Positions 1 to 11,404 of a DNA stretch of 64,000 nt are shown piece after piece. Position numbers and translations under genes: made by a program. Numbering within the stretch: position 1 is the stretch's first letter; each line of letters begins with the position of its first letter. The stretch is from an uncultured bacterium. Its GTDB lineage: Bacteria; Krumholzibacteriota; Krumholzibacteriia; Krumholzibacteriales; Krumholzibacteriaceae. The notes beneath the pieces were generated by a model. That model saw nothing but the letters and a program-made list of their open reading frames with translations, searched no databases and had not been told where the DNA came from. The stretch covers positions 1 through 64,000 of the forward strand of contig CAWFAD010000010.1 in NCBI GenBank assembly GCA_963813815.1, given 5' to 3'.

Positions 1-1010
1 AGGTCTCAGGATATGCCACCATTCGTGGCGTGAAGTGCCTGTTTTACGTCATGCCCCACTTTGGGGCAACGCTACGCAGGCTCATAGAAACAGGGATCCC
101 AAATGACCGAGTTCTTCCGCTCTTCAATCAGATGCTTGACGGTGTTGAGGCAGCTCACCTATTAAGTGTGACGCACCGGGATTTGAAACCCGAGAACATC
201 CTCTATGACCGTTCCAAGGACACGCTTGTCGTATCAGATTTTGGAATTGCGCATTTTTCTCAAGATCTTCTTGCCACAGAAGTCGTGACAAGGACTGGCG
301 CTAGGATGGCAAATCTTCGCTACTCTGCACCTGAGCAGCGTGCGAGGGGTTCCCTTGCCGATGCGCGCGCTGATATCTTTGCGCTCGGGTTGATGCTCAA
401 TGAGATGTTCACCGGAAATGTGCCACAAGGTGCTGGCTATAAGACCATCGCCGCTTGCGCTTCTGGCTATGGCTATCTGGATGCTCTGGTTGAGCACATG
501 ATACAGCAGGATCCTAGCGCGCGCATATCCAGCATAGAAAAACTGAAAGAGAAACTCATAGCGCACCGAAACAGCTTCGTGGCATTCCAAGAACTTGACA
601 TCAAGAAGCGGCAAGTCGTTCCAAAGGCATTAGCTAACGAAATCGAGCCCATAGCCGTTGTCGGTGTGGACTGGAAGAAGGACATTCTAATCCTAACCCT
701 TAATCGACAGCCCGATGAAGGGTGGATCAGGCGATTCAAACAGCCAGGCGAATCGCATTCTTCATTCCTCGGGTATGGGCCGGAGACCTTCCGGTTTGAG
801 GGAAGCGTGGCAATGGTATCTGCTGAAGAGCATATTGCAGACGGTATATTGGGCCACGCCAAAACCTACATCGAATTGGCAAATCGCGGGTACCAACAAG
901 ATCTAAATAATGACGCTCAGAGGCGAGATCGTGAGTCACGAGAACGCCTTGAGAGAGAAATGAGGGAGGCTGAAGCGCGCAATCGTGTGCTTGGAAAACT
1001 CAAACTTTGA
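1..1010 (+). CDS. Ser/Thr protein kinase (5'-truncated by window edge), integron cassette
   Basis: HRDLKPENIL, SDFGIA, YSAPEQ and ADIFALG kinase motifs; frame open from base 3; followed by an attC. Confidence 0.85.
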   Translation, partial: VSGYATIRGVKCLFYVMPHFGATLRRLIETGIPNDRVLPLFNQMLDGVEAAHLLSVTHRDLKPENILYDRSKDTLVVSDFGIAHFSQDLLATEVVTRTGARMANLRYSAPEQRARGSLADARADIFALGLMLNEMFTGNVPQGAGYKTIAACASGYGYLDALVEHMIQQDPSARISSIEKLKEKLIAHRNSFVAFQELDIKKRQVVPKALANEIEPIAVVGVDWKKDILILTLNRQPDEGWIRRFKQPGESHSSFLGYGPETFRFEGSVAMVSAEEHIADGILGHAKTYIELANRGYQQDLNNDAQRRDRESRERLEREMREAEARNRVLGKLKL

Positions 1011-1034
1011 GTTGGCAGTCCAGACAGAAAGCTG

Positions 1035-1132
1035 AGCTAACTTAGCGTGCAGCAGTCGGCCGCCGCTTGCGGCTTCGTCTCAGATATGAATGGTGAGAGC
1101 GCGGTGGGCCGCAGTTGATGCATGCGTTAGAC
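1035..1132 (+). repeat. attC site
   Basis: AGCTAAC (1035-1041) ... TGCAGCAG ... GTTGATGCA ... GTTAGAC (1126-1132). Confidence 0.8.
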
Positions 1133-1161
1133 CGACGCAGACTATGTAGGGGGTGAGTTCG

Positions 1162-1761
1162 ATGATACGAGCGATGGCAATATGTTGCATGATTGGGTTT
1201 GCGGCGATCGATGCGGCGGCGGAAACTCTTGAAATTCCGCTACCGGGCCTCACTGGAACGTACGGTTTAGAAAATCCTCAGCCTCTTTCTGGGTGTTACA
1301 CCACGCGAAGCGCCTCCTTCCAACTCGACAGAACGGCGGATACCGTATACTCGGTATGGATCCGAATATCCGGAACTGCGGTGGCTGGTCAGACATATTG
1401 CGATTTTAGCGGATGGCCCCCGCCGGGTATACAGCTGGAGGGAATGGTTTTCATGGCCGGCATGTTCGATTCTCTGAATTCCTCCGGGTGGAATGCCTTC
1501 TGTGCCACGCCCGATGAAGATGGCGCCTTTGAATGCCAGGTGCAATTCTATTCGCACACTGGAGCGACTTGGGAGTATATCGAGTCGGGTCGAGGGGACG
1601 TCGATCTTTATGGGGCGGGCTACAACAATCCTTTTGTTGAATGCTATGCGGTTACTTGCGCGGTCGCAACAGTCACAGAGGCGGTTCTCGTGATTGAGGC
1701 TGACTTTGCCGTCTCGACGGATGAAATATCTTGGGGGGCGATAAAGTCCCTCTATCGATAG
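1162..1761 (+). CDS. Secreted hypothetical protein with C-terminal WGAIKSLYR tail (paralog of 9333-9929)
   Basis: N-terminal signal peptide; Cys-containing beta-rich body; start chosen by alignment with the paralog (track starts at 1153). Confidence 0.8.
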   Translation: MIRAMAICCMIGFAAIDAAAETLEIPLPGLTGTYGLENPQPLSGCYTTRSASFQLDRTADTVYSVWIRISGTAVAGQTYCDFSGWPPPGIQLEGMVFMAGMFDSLNSSGWNAFCATPDEDGAFECQVQFYSHTGATWEYIESGRGDVDLYGAGYNNPFVECYAVTCAVATVTEAVLVIEADFAVSTDEISWGAIKSLYR

Positions 1762-1782
1762 CGATGTGGGCGACAAGAAGCG

Positions 1783-1894
1783 ACGTAACTCCACATGCAG
1801 ATGACGGCCGCTGCCGTCACGCCGCCTGCGGAGCACGGGGCGCGCCGGCCCGCCGGGGCGGCGGATGCGGCCACAGCTGATGCGTGCGTTAGGC
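1783..1894 (+). repeat. attC site
   Basis: ACGTAAC (1783-1789) ... CATGCAG ... GCTGATG ... GTTAGGC (1888-1894); near-copy at 10585-10695. Confidence 0.85.
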
Positions 1895-1919
1895 GGACAA
1901 GGAAGGAGTCGATGGAGTC

Positions 1920-4099
1920 ATGATCGCGCTTTTCCTCATCCTCGTGGCAATCGCTGCAGCGCGCTTGGCAGCGCCCTCGGTGTGCAAGCCATCGGTTCGT
2001 GGCAGGCGGTCAGGCGTCCTGGCGTGCAATCACTACAAGGAGCCCAGGGAGTCAGTGAAACGAAGAGAACGCCAAAATGTCCTTGGTACCGTGAGGGCCG
2101 CCATACGCCCGTCCAGCCTCCGCGTCGCTCTCGCGGTCGCCGCCCAGATCTGCCTCAACAGCGTTTGCTGGTCTGCGGCTGAGCCCGAACGCATCACCGC
2201 CGATGCGCCGAAGATGACTGTCGCCGGCAACACTTTCGTCGCGCCTGCGGGCTGGTCCCTCGTTGTACGCGGATCCGCAACGATCCTTGAGGCTCCCGAG
2301 GGCGGATCGTTCATCGCCCTCGTCGACGTGCCGACGAAGGACGCAGCTACCTCCGACGCCGCGGTGGCCGCCGCCTGGGCCGTGTACAAGCCCGACGCGA
2401 AGTGGCCGCTTAAGGTCGCTTCGCCGATCGCAGATCGGGATGGCTGGACGGATCGCAAGTCGTATTCCTATCTGACGTCACCGAACGAGCAGCGCGCCGT
2501 TGGAGTCGACGTACGCAAGGCCAACGACGTGTGGACGGTTGCCATCTACGACATGGCTCTGGCGATCGGCGAGAAGCGGGGGTCCCAGGTGGGACTGATC
2601 TACGGCAAACTTCTGCCGAAGGGACGGAGCCGGGAGTCGTTCGCCGGCAAGAAGGCAAACAAGCTCGACGACGCGCGGCTCGCGGAGCTCCGTAAGTTTG
2701 TCGAGAGGTCGATGAAGCTCACCGGCGTGCCGGGCGTCTCGGTCGGCATCTACCAGGACGGTCGCGTCGTGCTCGCGGAAGGTTTCGGTGTGCGCGAGCT
2801 GGGCAAGCCCGCGAAGGTCGACGCGGATACACGATATATGATCGCATCGAACACCAAGGCCCTGACGACGCTGATGCTCGCCAAACTAGTCGATGACAAG
2901 AAGCTGACGTGGGACACGCCAGCAGTGGACGTGCTGCCGACGTTCAAGCTCGGCGACGCCGACGTCACGCGCCAGGTGCTCATCAAGCACCTCATCTGCG
3001 CCTGTACCGGCATGCCGCGCCAGGATTTCGAGTGGCTGCTCGAATTTAAGGACCTCACGCCCGACAAGGCGATGGCGGCCCTGGGGACGATGCAGCCGAC
3101 GAGCAAGTTCGGCGAGCTGTTCCAATACTCGAACCCGATGGCCGCGGCCGCCGGATACATCGGCGGACACGTGACCCACCCGGACCTCGAGCTCGGCGCG
3201 GCGTATGATAGGGCAATGCAGGAACTGGTGTTCGACCCGATCGGCATGAGTGGGACGACCTGCGACTTCGCCAAGGCACAGGAGGGCAATGCCGCGACCG
3301 CGCACGCGCCGGACATCGACGGCATACCGGCGCTGGCGGAGGCCCGCACGAACTTGTCGAGCGTGCCCGTGCGACCCGCTGGCGGCGCGTGGAGTTCGGT
3401 GAACGATATGATGAAGTATGTCGTCATGGAGCTGAACGAGGGCAAGCTGCCCGACGGCACGCAGTACATCTCGACAGACGCTCTATTCGCGCGGCGCGCG
3501 CCGCAGGTCGTCGTCGGCACCGATATCACCTATGGCATGGGTCTGTTTCTGAGTACCCAGTATGGAACACCCGTCGTCCATCACGGCGGCGACATGATCG
3601 GCTTCCACAGCGACATGATGTGGCTGCCGGAGCATGGCGTGGGCGCGGTGGTCCTCACGAACGGAGATCCCGGGTGGCTGATCCGCTCCGTGTTCCAGCG
3701 AAAGCTGCTCGAGGTACTGTTCGATGGCAACGCAGAGGCCGACGGCCAGATCGCGGCCGGCGCGAAATCGTTCTTCGACGAGATGGCCGGAGAACGGAAG
3801 CTCCTGACGGTGCCGGCCGATCCGACCGAGGTCGCGAAGCTCTCTGCCGGCTACACGAACCGCGCGGTGGGCGACATCGTCGTGAGCAAAAAGGGCGCGG
3901 CAACTATCTTTGACTTGGGCGAGTGGTCGAGCCAGATGGCGTCGCGCGAGAACCCCAACGGGACTGTCCGTTCATCACGATTGTGCCGGGCTTCAACGGC
4001 GTGGAGTTCGTCGTCGGCGACAATACGCTGACGCTGCGGGACGCGCAGCATGAGTACGTCTACACCGCCTCGTCGGCGCCGAGGTCGGGCTCCAGGTGA
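1920..4099 (+). CDS. Serine hydrolase, beta-lactamase class C/AmpC-like family (frameshift near 3970)
   Basis: SNTK (SxxK), YSN and HGG motifs; C-terminus continues in another frame as FITIVPGFNGVEF...SR* to TGA 4097-4099; start uncertain. Confidence 0.8.
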
Positions 4100-4159
4100 C
4101 ATCCGGCCCGCTGGTGCTGTGTCGGAGATGCGACCAGGGCAAAAAGGATCGATGAAGCC

Positions 4160-4220
4160 GCCCAACAGCAGCATGCAGCCGACGGCGCTTCGCGCCGCCG
4201 GCTGATGCTGAACGTTAGGC
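4160..4220 (+). repeat. attC site (short, canonical)
   Basis: GCCCAAC agcag CATGCAGC ... GCTGATG ctgaac GTTAGGC, 61 bp. Confidence 0.92.
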
Positions 4221-4261
4221 CGTGACCGAATCTATTCACACCCGTAAGGAGATTTTCTGCA

Positions 4262-5008
4262 ATGGACATTCCACGGATCTTCAACATCACCGAAAGTGCT
4301 CACCGCATCCATAACCCGTTCACACCCGAAAAGCTCGCCACTCTCGGCGCGGCGCTGCGTCTGGAAACGGGGACCCGAGTGCTCGACCTCGGCAGCGGTT
4401 CGGGGGAGATGCTGTGCACCTGGGCACGCGATTACGGAGTCATCGGCACCGGCATCGACATGAGCCAGTTGTTCACCGAGCAAGCGAAACTCCGCGCTGA
4501 AGAACTCGGCGTCGCCGATCAAGTCAAGTTCATCCATGGCGATGCTGCCGGCTACGTCTCTGACGAGAAGGTCGGTGTGGCAGCCTGTCTCGGTGCCACG
4601 TGGATCGGTGGGGGAGTCGTCGGCACCATCGAGCTTCTGGCGCAGAGCCTCCGCACCGGAGGGATCATCCTCATCGGCGAGCCCTACTGGCGGCAGTTAC
4701 CGCCGACGGAAGATGTTGCCAAGGGGTGTCTTGCCGACTCAATCTCCGACTTTCTCATGCTTCCAGAACTTCTCGCGTCTTTCGGCCACCTCGGCTACGA
4801 CGTCGTGGAAATGGTTTTGGCAGACCAAGACGGCTGGGACAGATACGAGGCGGCCAAGTGGCTCACCATGCGCCGATGGCTTGAAGCCAATCCCGACGAC
4901 GAGTTCGCGAAAGATGTTCGAGCCAAACTGACCTCGGAACCCGAGCGCTACGCCGCTTACACGCGTGAATACCTGGGCTGGGGTGTGTTCGCGCTGATGA
5001 CGCGGTGA
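4262..5008 (+). CDS. Class I SAM-dependent methyltransferase (YjhP-like)
   Basis: VLDLGSGSG motif I; AGGAG RBS upstream. Confidence 0.88.
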   Translation: MDIPRIFNITESAHRIHNPFTPEKLATLGAALRLETGTRVLDLGSGSGEMLCTWARDYGVIGTGIDMSQLFTEQAKLRAEELGVADQVKFIHGDAAGYVSDEKVGVAACLGATWIGGGVVGTIELLAQSLRTGGIILIGEPYWRQLPPTEDVAKGCLADSISDFLMLPELLASFGHLGYDVVEMVLADQDGWDRYEAAKWLTMRRWLEANPDDEFAKDVRAKLTSEPERYAAYTREYLGWGVFALMTR

Positions 5009-5133
5009 TGAGGGGATTACCGGGCGACTCAGAAAGTGGGGAAAATCCAATCGTCCACCGGTGACGCTGACGGTCTTGACGGCCAACATGCTTGTCGCTG
5101 ATGGCCCTAAGCGTACAACCAGGAGACTCTACG

Positions 5134-5886
5134 ATGTCTACTCAGCAAACCATCCTTCTCGTCGGCGGCACCGGACGCACCGGCCGGTACGTCTTGAAGC
5201 GGCTTCTGGGCGGCGGCATCAGTGTCCGCGTCGTCGTGCGATCCGCCCAAAAGCTCCCGGCGGGTGCTGCGGACGACCCCAACCTAACGGTGGTCGAGGC
5301 CGATCTCCTGTCTCTCAGCGATGATGACCTCCTGCGCCAAATCCGTGGCTGCGATGCTGTCATCTCGTGCCTTGGTCACGTTCTCGACTTCAAGGGCATC
5401 TTCGGGCCGCCGCGCGACCTCGTCACGCGGGCCACAACGAGGCTGTGCCGAGCGATCGAGACGCTGCAGCCCGCAAAGCCGGTCAAGTTCATTCTCATGA
5501 GCAGCGTCTCGGTCAATCGCCCAGGGGGCCTCGACACGCGTCGTGGGATGTTCGAAAAGGCGATCGTGTGGATTCTCCGCTGCCTCGTCCCTCCGGCCAA
5601 GGACAACCAACGAGCGGCAGACTTTCTCTTTCGCGAGGTCGGGATGACCGATACGTTCGTGCAGTGGGTGGCGGTCCGCCCAGACACGCTTCGGGAAGGT
5701 GAAGTTTCGGAGTACTCGCTGCACGATGGCCTCGTGAGCAGTCTCTTTGCCCCGGACAGCACCAACATGGCCAATGTTGCGCACTTCATGTGTGAGTTGG
5801 CCACAAACTCGAAGGCGTGGGACGACTGGAAGGGAAGGCTGCCCGTAATTATCAACGCTACTACTTTGAGGAGTGGCGGCAAGTAG
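5134..5886 (+). CDS. NAD(P)H-binding oxidoreductase (atypical SDR)
   Basis: GGTGRTG Rossmann motif; DAVISCLG; AGGAG RBS before ATG 5134. Confidence 0.85.
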   Translation: MSTQQTILLVGGTGRTGRYVLKRLLGGGISVRVVVRSAQKLPAGAADDPNLTVVEADLLSLSDDDLLRQIRGCDAVISCLGHVLDFKGIFGPPRDLVTRATTRLCRAIETLQPAKPVKFILMSSVSVNRPGGLDTRRGMFEKAIVWILRCLVPPAKDNQRAADFLFREVGMTDTFVQWVAVRPDTLREGEVSEYSLHDGLVSSLFAPDSTNMANVAHFMCELATNSKAWDDWKGRLPVIINATTLRSGGK

Positions 5887-5892
5887 TCGAGG

Positions 5893-5925
5893 ACCTAACT
5901 CGCGGTGCATCTGACGGTCCGCTTC
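5893..5925 (+). repeat. Truncated attC (left arm only)
   Basis: ACCTAAC tcgcg GTGCATCTGACGG resembles left arms of the other attC sites; no GCTGATG/GTT arm follows. Confidence 0.55.
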
Positions 5926-5931
5926 ACCTGA

Positions 5932-8151
<2,220 letters not shown>

Positions 8152-8194
8152 CAGAATGGCATTCGAGCGCCTCTAACAGGGCGGCCAGACGGTC

Positions 8195-8249
8195 AGCTAG
8201 CCACCGGTTCCAGCGGACGGCGTACCGCCGCAGCTGATGCCGGCTAGGG
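8195..8249 (+). repeat. Degenerate attC (AGC/GCT in place of AAC/GTT)
   Basis: AGCTAGC caccg GTTCCAGC GGACGGCG tac CGCCGCA GCTGATG ccg GCTAGGG. Confidence 0.55.
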
Positions 8250-8258
8250 GATGATCTC

Positions 8259-8296
8259 ATGCGCGCCTTTCTCTTGATAACCGTGCTGACGGCTCT
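8259..8296 (+). pseudogene. 5' remnant of a copy of the 9994-10575 gene
   Basis: 8230-8296 closely matches 9965-10031; encodes MRAFLLITVLTAL versus MRSFLLITVLTAL, then diverges. Confidence 0.7.
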
Positions 8297-8325
8297 TGAA
8301 TTGACTGGCCGGCTTGTGCTAAAAT
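8296..8325 (+). promoter_or_regulatory. Putative sigma-70 promoter internal to the array
   Basis: TTGAAT-18-TAAAAT with TG extension; TATAAT also at 8329-8334. Confidence 0.45.
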
Positions 8326-8379
8326 ACCTATAATTTAAGGAGAAGCGGCTGTCGTCGAGGTGGGAAGGGGGGATGGGAA

Positions 8380-9111
8380 ATGAGCGGAATTTCTGCTGAG
8401 GCCAAGCTTCTTTGTCTACTCGTGCTTCTATCAAGCGTTCCACTTTCAGATGCCATTGCCGACTCAAAGGTGAGCGCAAAACCGTTTGCACCTGCGCCGG
8501 CGCTTCTTGATTCGACGGAAACAAGGATTGCTCCCGTGCAACAGGATTATGGAGTTGGCAACTTGGGCATCTACACAACCTATCCATTGTCATGCAGCAC
8601 GGAGAGTCAGGCGATAGCGGCGACAGTCAGCAAGCTCATGGGCGGCAGTCAGTTCATCTGGATAATTTGGGATATGGCAGCAATGCCGCAGAACGCCGAG
8701 ATCGTTCGAGTCGAGATTGAACACGAGCTTTATCCGCGGCCCGATAACCAGGATGGGGTACGATTGCAGTATAGAAGCTTGAAGAGCGTGTATCTGCCAC
8801 CACCCGATTGTTCGGTCGCTCTTGCGGAGCTGGGGACGAGTGCGATTTACACGGATGTTGAAATGGGCACTGCGGCGGGCACACGACGCTTTGTGCTCGG
8901 AGGCGACGCCACACTGAACGTCGCCGAAGCCGTCGATGAGCAAGGTTACTTCTCGGCATGGATCGGGGTAGCCAATCTGAGTCCGCTGGGATCTGCCACC
9001 GTCCCGGGTTGGAGCGCCGGTGGCCCCGAGCTCATTGTGACTTGGAGGATTCCTGTCGCCGTCGAGCACGAGACTTGGGGGGCGATCAAAGCGCTCTATT
9101 CATATCCGTGA
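8380..9111 (+). CDS. Secreted hypothetical protein with C-terminal WGAIKALY tail
   Basis: Signal peptide; ends PELIVTWRIPVAVEHETWGAIKALYSYP. Confidence 0.75.
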   Translation: MSGISAEAKLLCLLVLLSSVPLSDAIADSKVSAKPFAPAPALLDSTETRIAPVQQDYGVGNLGIYTTYPLSCSTESQAIAATVSKLMGGSQFIWIIWDMAAMPQNAEIVRVEIEHELYPRPDNQDGVRLQYRSLKSVYLPPPDCSVALAELGTSAIYTDVEMGTAAGTRRFVLGGDATLNVAEAVDEQGYFSAWIGVANLSPLGSATVPGWSAGGPELIVTWRIPVAVEHETWGAIKALYSYP

Positions 9112-9158
9112 TTGCACCATCGACTTTCGTACAGCTTTGCATGCAAGGGGAGGGCGTA

Positions 9159-9320
9159 ATGATTTATGTTTGCTACGTGCTCTTCGTCCTGGGAATGATC
9201 TCTTACATCTTTGCGGCCTTCAATATCGATTCCGGGGCCGGCGAGACGTATTCCGACATCGCCAACGCGCTGATGCTCATTACGGCGGTCCTTCTCCTGT
9301 TCAGGGCCGCGCGAAGATAG
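9159..9320 (+). CDS. Small two-TM membrane protein (53 aa)
   Basis: GGGGAGG RBS; two hydrophobic helices; fills the gap between neighbours. Confidence 0.65.
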   Translation: MIYVCYVLFVLGMISYIFAAFNIDSGAGETYSDIANALMLITAVLLLFRAARR

Positions 9321-9332
9321 GGGGCGAGGTCA

Positions 9333-9929
9333 ATGATGCGGGCGATTGCATTGTCTTGCATGATTGGGTTCATCGCGATGAGCGCATTCGCTTCGGAGAC
9401 TGTCGAGATTCCGCTGCCGGACCTTATCGGCACGTATGGCTCGGAAGATCCTCTTTCCGAGTGTTACACCATGCGAAGCGCACACTTTCTGTTCGATAGA
9501 ATACCCGATACCATATACGCGGTATGGATCAGGATATCCGGGACCGTGGTAGCCGGTCAGACCTACTGCGATTTCAGCGGATGGCCCCCGCCCGGCATAC
9601 AGATGGAAGGGATGTGCTTCACGGTCAACATGTATGATTCGCTGAGCTCCGCCACGTTGGGCGCGGGTTATTCCACGCCCAATGAGAATTCGGCTTTTGA
9701 GTGCCAATTGTCATTCTACCCGGTCTCTGAAGCGACATGGGAATATCTCGAGGCGGGTCGAGGAGATGTGAGACTCTCCGGTTCGGGGTACTGCAACCCG
9801 TTTGTTGAATGCTACGCCATTACGTGCGCGGTCGCGATAGTCAGCGAAGCGGTTCTTGTGGTTGAGGCTGACTTTGCCGTGTCGACGGAGAACGAATCTT
9901 GGGGAGTGATTAAGTCACTCTATCGATAG
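9333..9929 (+). CDS. Secreted hypothetical protein with C-terminal WGVIKSLYR tail (paralog of 1162-1761)
   Basis: Shares VAGQTYCDFSGWPPPGIQ, NPFVECYA and EADFAVST with the 1162 gene. Confidence 0.82.
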   Translation: MMRAIALSCMIGFIAMSAFASETVEIPLPDLIGTYGSEDPLSECYTMRSAHFLFDRIPDTIYAVWIRISGTVVAGQTYCDFSGWPPPGIQMEGMCFTVNMYDSLSSATLGAGYSTPNENSAFECQLSFYPVSEATWEYLEAGRGDVRLSGSGYCNPFVECYAITCAVAIVSEAVLVVEADFAVSTENESWGVIKSLYR

Positions 9930-9950
9930 CGATGTGGGTGACAAGAAGCG

Positions 9951-9985
9951 ACGTAACTCCACATGCAGCTGACTCCGGCAAGGGG
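9951..9985 (+). repeat. Internally deleted, chimeric attC
   Basis: Left arm ACGTAACTCCACATGCAG identical to attC 1783, joined at GCAGCTGA to a right end resembling 8230-8250. Confidence 0.65.
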
Positions 9986-9993
9986 ATGATCTC

Positions 9994-10575
9994 ATGCGCT
10001 CATTTCTATTGATAACCGTGCTGACGGCTCTCGCTCTTTCGGAATCCGTGCCCGCCGAGGTAGTGGAAGTGCCGCTTCCAGAGCTGCAGGGTCGATATTT
10101 CATCGAAGATACAGTAACGAGATACGCACGGTTTCAGATGGATGCTGCGCCCCTTTCCATAGCGGGGGTCTCTATTCGCATCACGGGCACCCATATATTG
10201 GGTGAGATCTGGTGCGAATTGGCATCGCCGATTACGGTTCCGCTGCCGTATTCGGTGGCTTTTACCGCGAGCATTCCCGATACAGTAAACGGATACTGGT
10301 GGATGGCGGCAGATAAGTCCCAATTGCTTTCGGGAGACTTTGAAATCACCATGCCCTTCAGGGAGATCTATGGTTGGTATGTTACATGGGATTTTCTTCT
10401 GGCGGGATATGGAGAGGTACGGCTCGATGGTCCACCTGCAGGGTATGTGCTTCTTTGCAATCCAACGATTTGGCCAGACGCGACGGTGACGAATGCTGTT
10501 TTGCTGGTCGAGGGGGAATTCCCCGTGGGCACGGATCAGAGCACGTGGGGGAGCATCAAGGCGTTGTTTCGATGA
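9994..10575 (+). CDS. Secreted hypothetical protein with C-terminal WGSIKALFR tail (distant paralog of the 1162 and 9333 genes)
   Basis: Signal peptide; EVPLPELQGRY, SIRITGT, TWDFL and ATVTNAVLLVEGEF align with the paralogs. Confidence 0.8.
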   Translation: MRSFLLITVLTALALSESVPAEVVEVPLPELQGRYFIEDTVTRYARFQMDAAPLSIAGVSIRITGTHILGEIWCELASPITVPLPYSVAFTASIPDTVNGYWWMAADKSQLLSGDFEITMPFREIYGWYVTWDFLLAGYGEVRLDGPPAGYVLLCNPTIWPDATVTNAVLLVEGEFPVGTDQSTWGSIKALFR

Positions 10576-10584
10576 TTGAGTGCG

Positions 10585-10695
10585 GCATAACTCTGCATGC
10601 AGCTGACGGCCGCTGCCGTCACGCCGCCTGCGGAGCACGCAGCGCGCCGGCCCGCCGGGGCTGCGGCGCGGCCGCGGCTGATGCCGGCGCTGTGG
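10585..10695 (+). repeat. attC site with degenerate right core (GCTGTGG)
   Basis: GCATAAC tctg CATGCAGC ... GCTGATG; body nearly identical to 1783-1894. Confidence 0.75.
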
Positions 10696-10718
10696 TTGCC
10701 GCAACCGAATAATAACGC

Positions 10719-10747
10719 TTGACAGTATTAACGTGACGCGTTAACAT
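10719..10747 (+). promoter_or_regulatory. higBA promoter with palindromic operator
   Basis: TTGACA-17-TAACAT; inverted repeat TTAACG-n5-CGTTAA at 10728-10744. Confidence 0.8.
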
Positions 10748-10753
10748 ATCCTC

Positions 10754-11035
10754 ATGATACGCAGCTTTCGAGACCGAGAAACGGAAAAGATATTTTGCGG
10801 AGAAGGATCGAGGCGCCTATCGCCTGAGATTCAAAGAAGAGCATTGCGAAAGCTGTTGCTTCTGGATGCGGCTGAGACCTTGGATGACGTGCGATCCGCT
10901 CCCGGAAATAGACTCGAGAAGCTCGTCGGCGATCGTGCCGGGCAATATAGTATCCGGATCAACGATCGATGGCGCATTTGCTTTCGCTGGGAGCGCGAGA
11001 ACGCTCACGAAGTAGAGATTGTAGATTACCACTAG
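10754..11035 (+). CDS. higB: HigB toxin (RelE/ParE superfamily)
   Basis: MIRSF..., PGNRLEKLVGDRAGQYSIRINDRWRICFRW, EIVDYH. Confidence 0.93.
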   Translation: MIRSFRDRETEKIFCGEGSRRLSPEIQRRALRKLLLLDAAETLDDVRSAPGNRLEKLVGDRAGQYSIRINDRWRICFRWERENAHEVEIVDYH

Positions 11036-11045
11036 GAGGCGAGTC

Positions 11046-11351
11046 ATGCCGGCAAGGAAGATACCACCGATTCATCCCGGCGAAATACTTCTCGAGGAAT
11101 ACCTGAAGCCGCTGGGATTGAGCCAGTACCGTTTGGCCAAGGACATCACGGTTCCGGCGCGTCGGGTGAACGAGATTGTTCATGGGAAGCGTGCCATCAC
11201 AGCCGATACTGCGCTGCGGCTCGCGCGCTATTTTGGCACCTCCGATCGTTTCTGGCTGAATCTTCAAACGCGCTACGATCTCGAGGTCGAAAAGGAGCGG
11301 CTCAAGGGACGATTGGAGCGAGAAGTCTCCAAGTATAGAGTCGCTAGCTGA
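11046..11351 (+). CDS. higA: HigA antitoxin (HTH)
   Basis: IHPGEILLEEYL, ITADTALRLARYFG, FWLNLQ. Confidence 0.95.
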   Translation: MPARKIPPIHPGEILLEEYLKPLGLSQYRLAKDITVPARRVNEIVHGKRAITADTALRLARYFGTSDRFWLNLQTRYDLEVEKERLKGRLEREVSKYRVAS

Positions 11352-11404
11352 TGAAATGAGCCATGCGCTCGGCAGAACATTCTGAGTGAGGCTTCTGTCC
11401 CCGA

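Noticed and set aside
5081..5120. GGCCAAC...GCTGATG...GCGTAC as another attC
   Set aside because: Possibly a remnant, but too short and lacking both the left box and the GTT core
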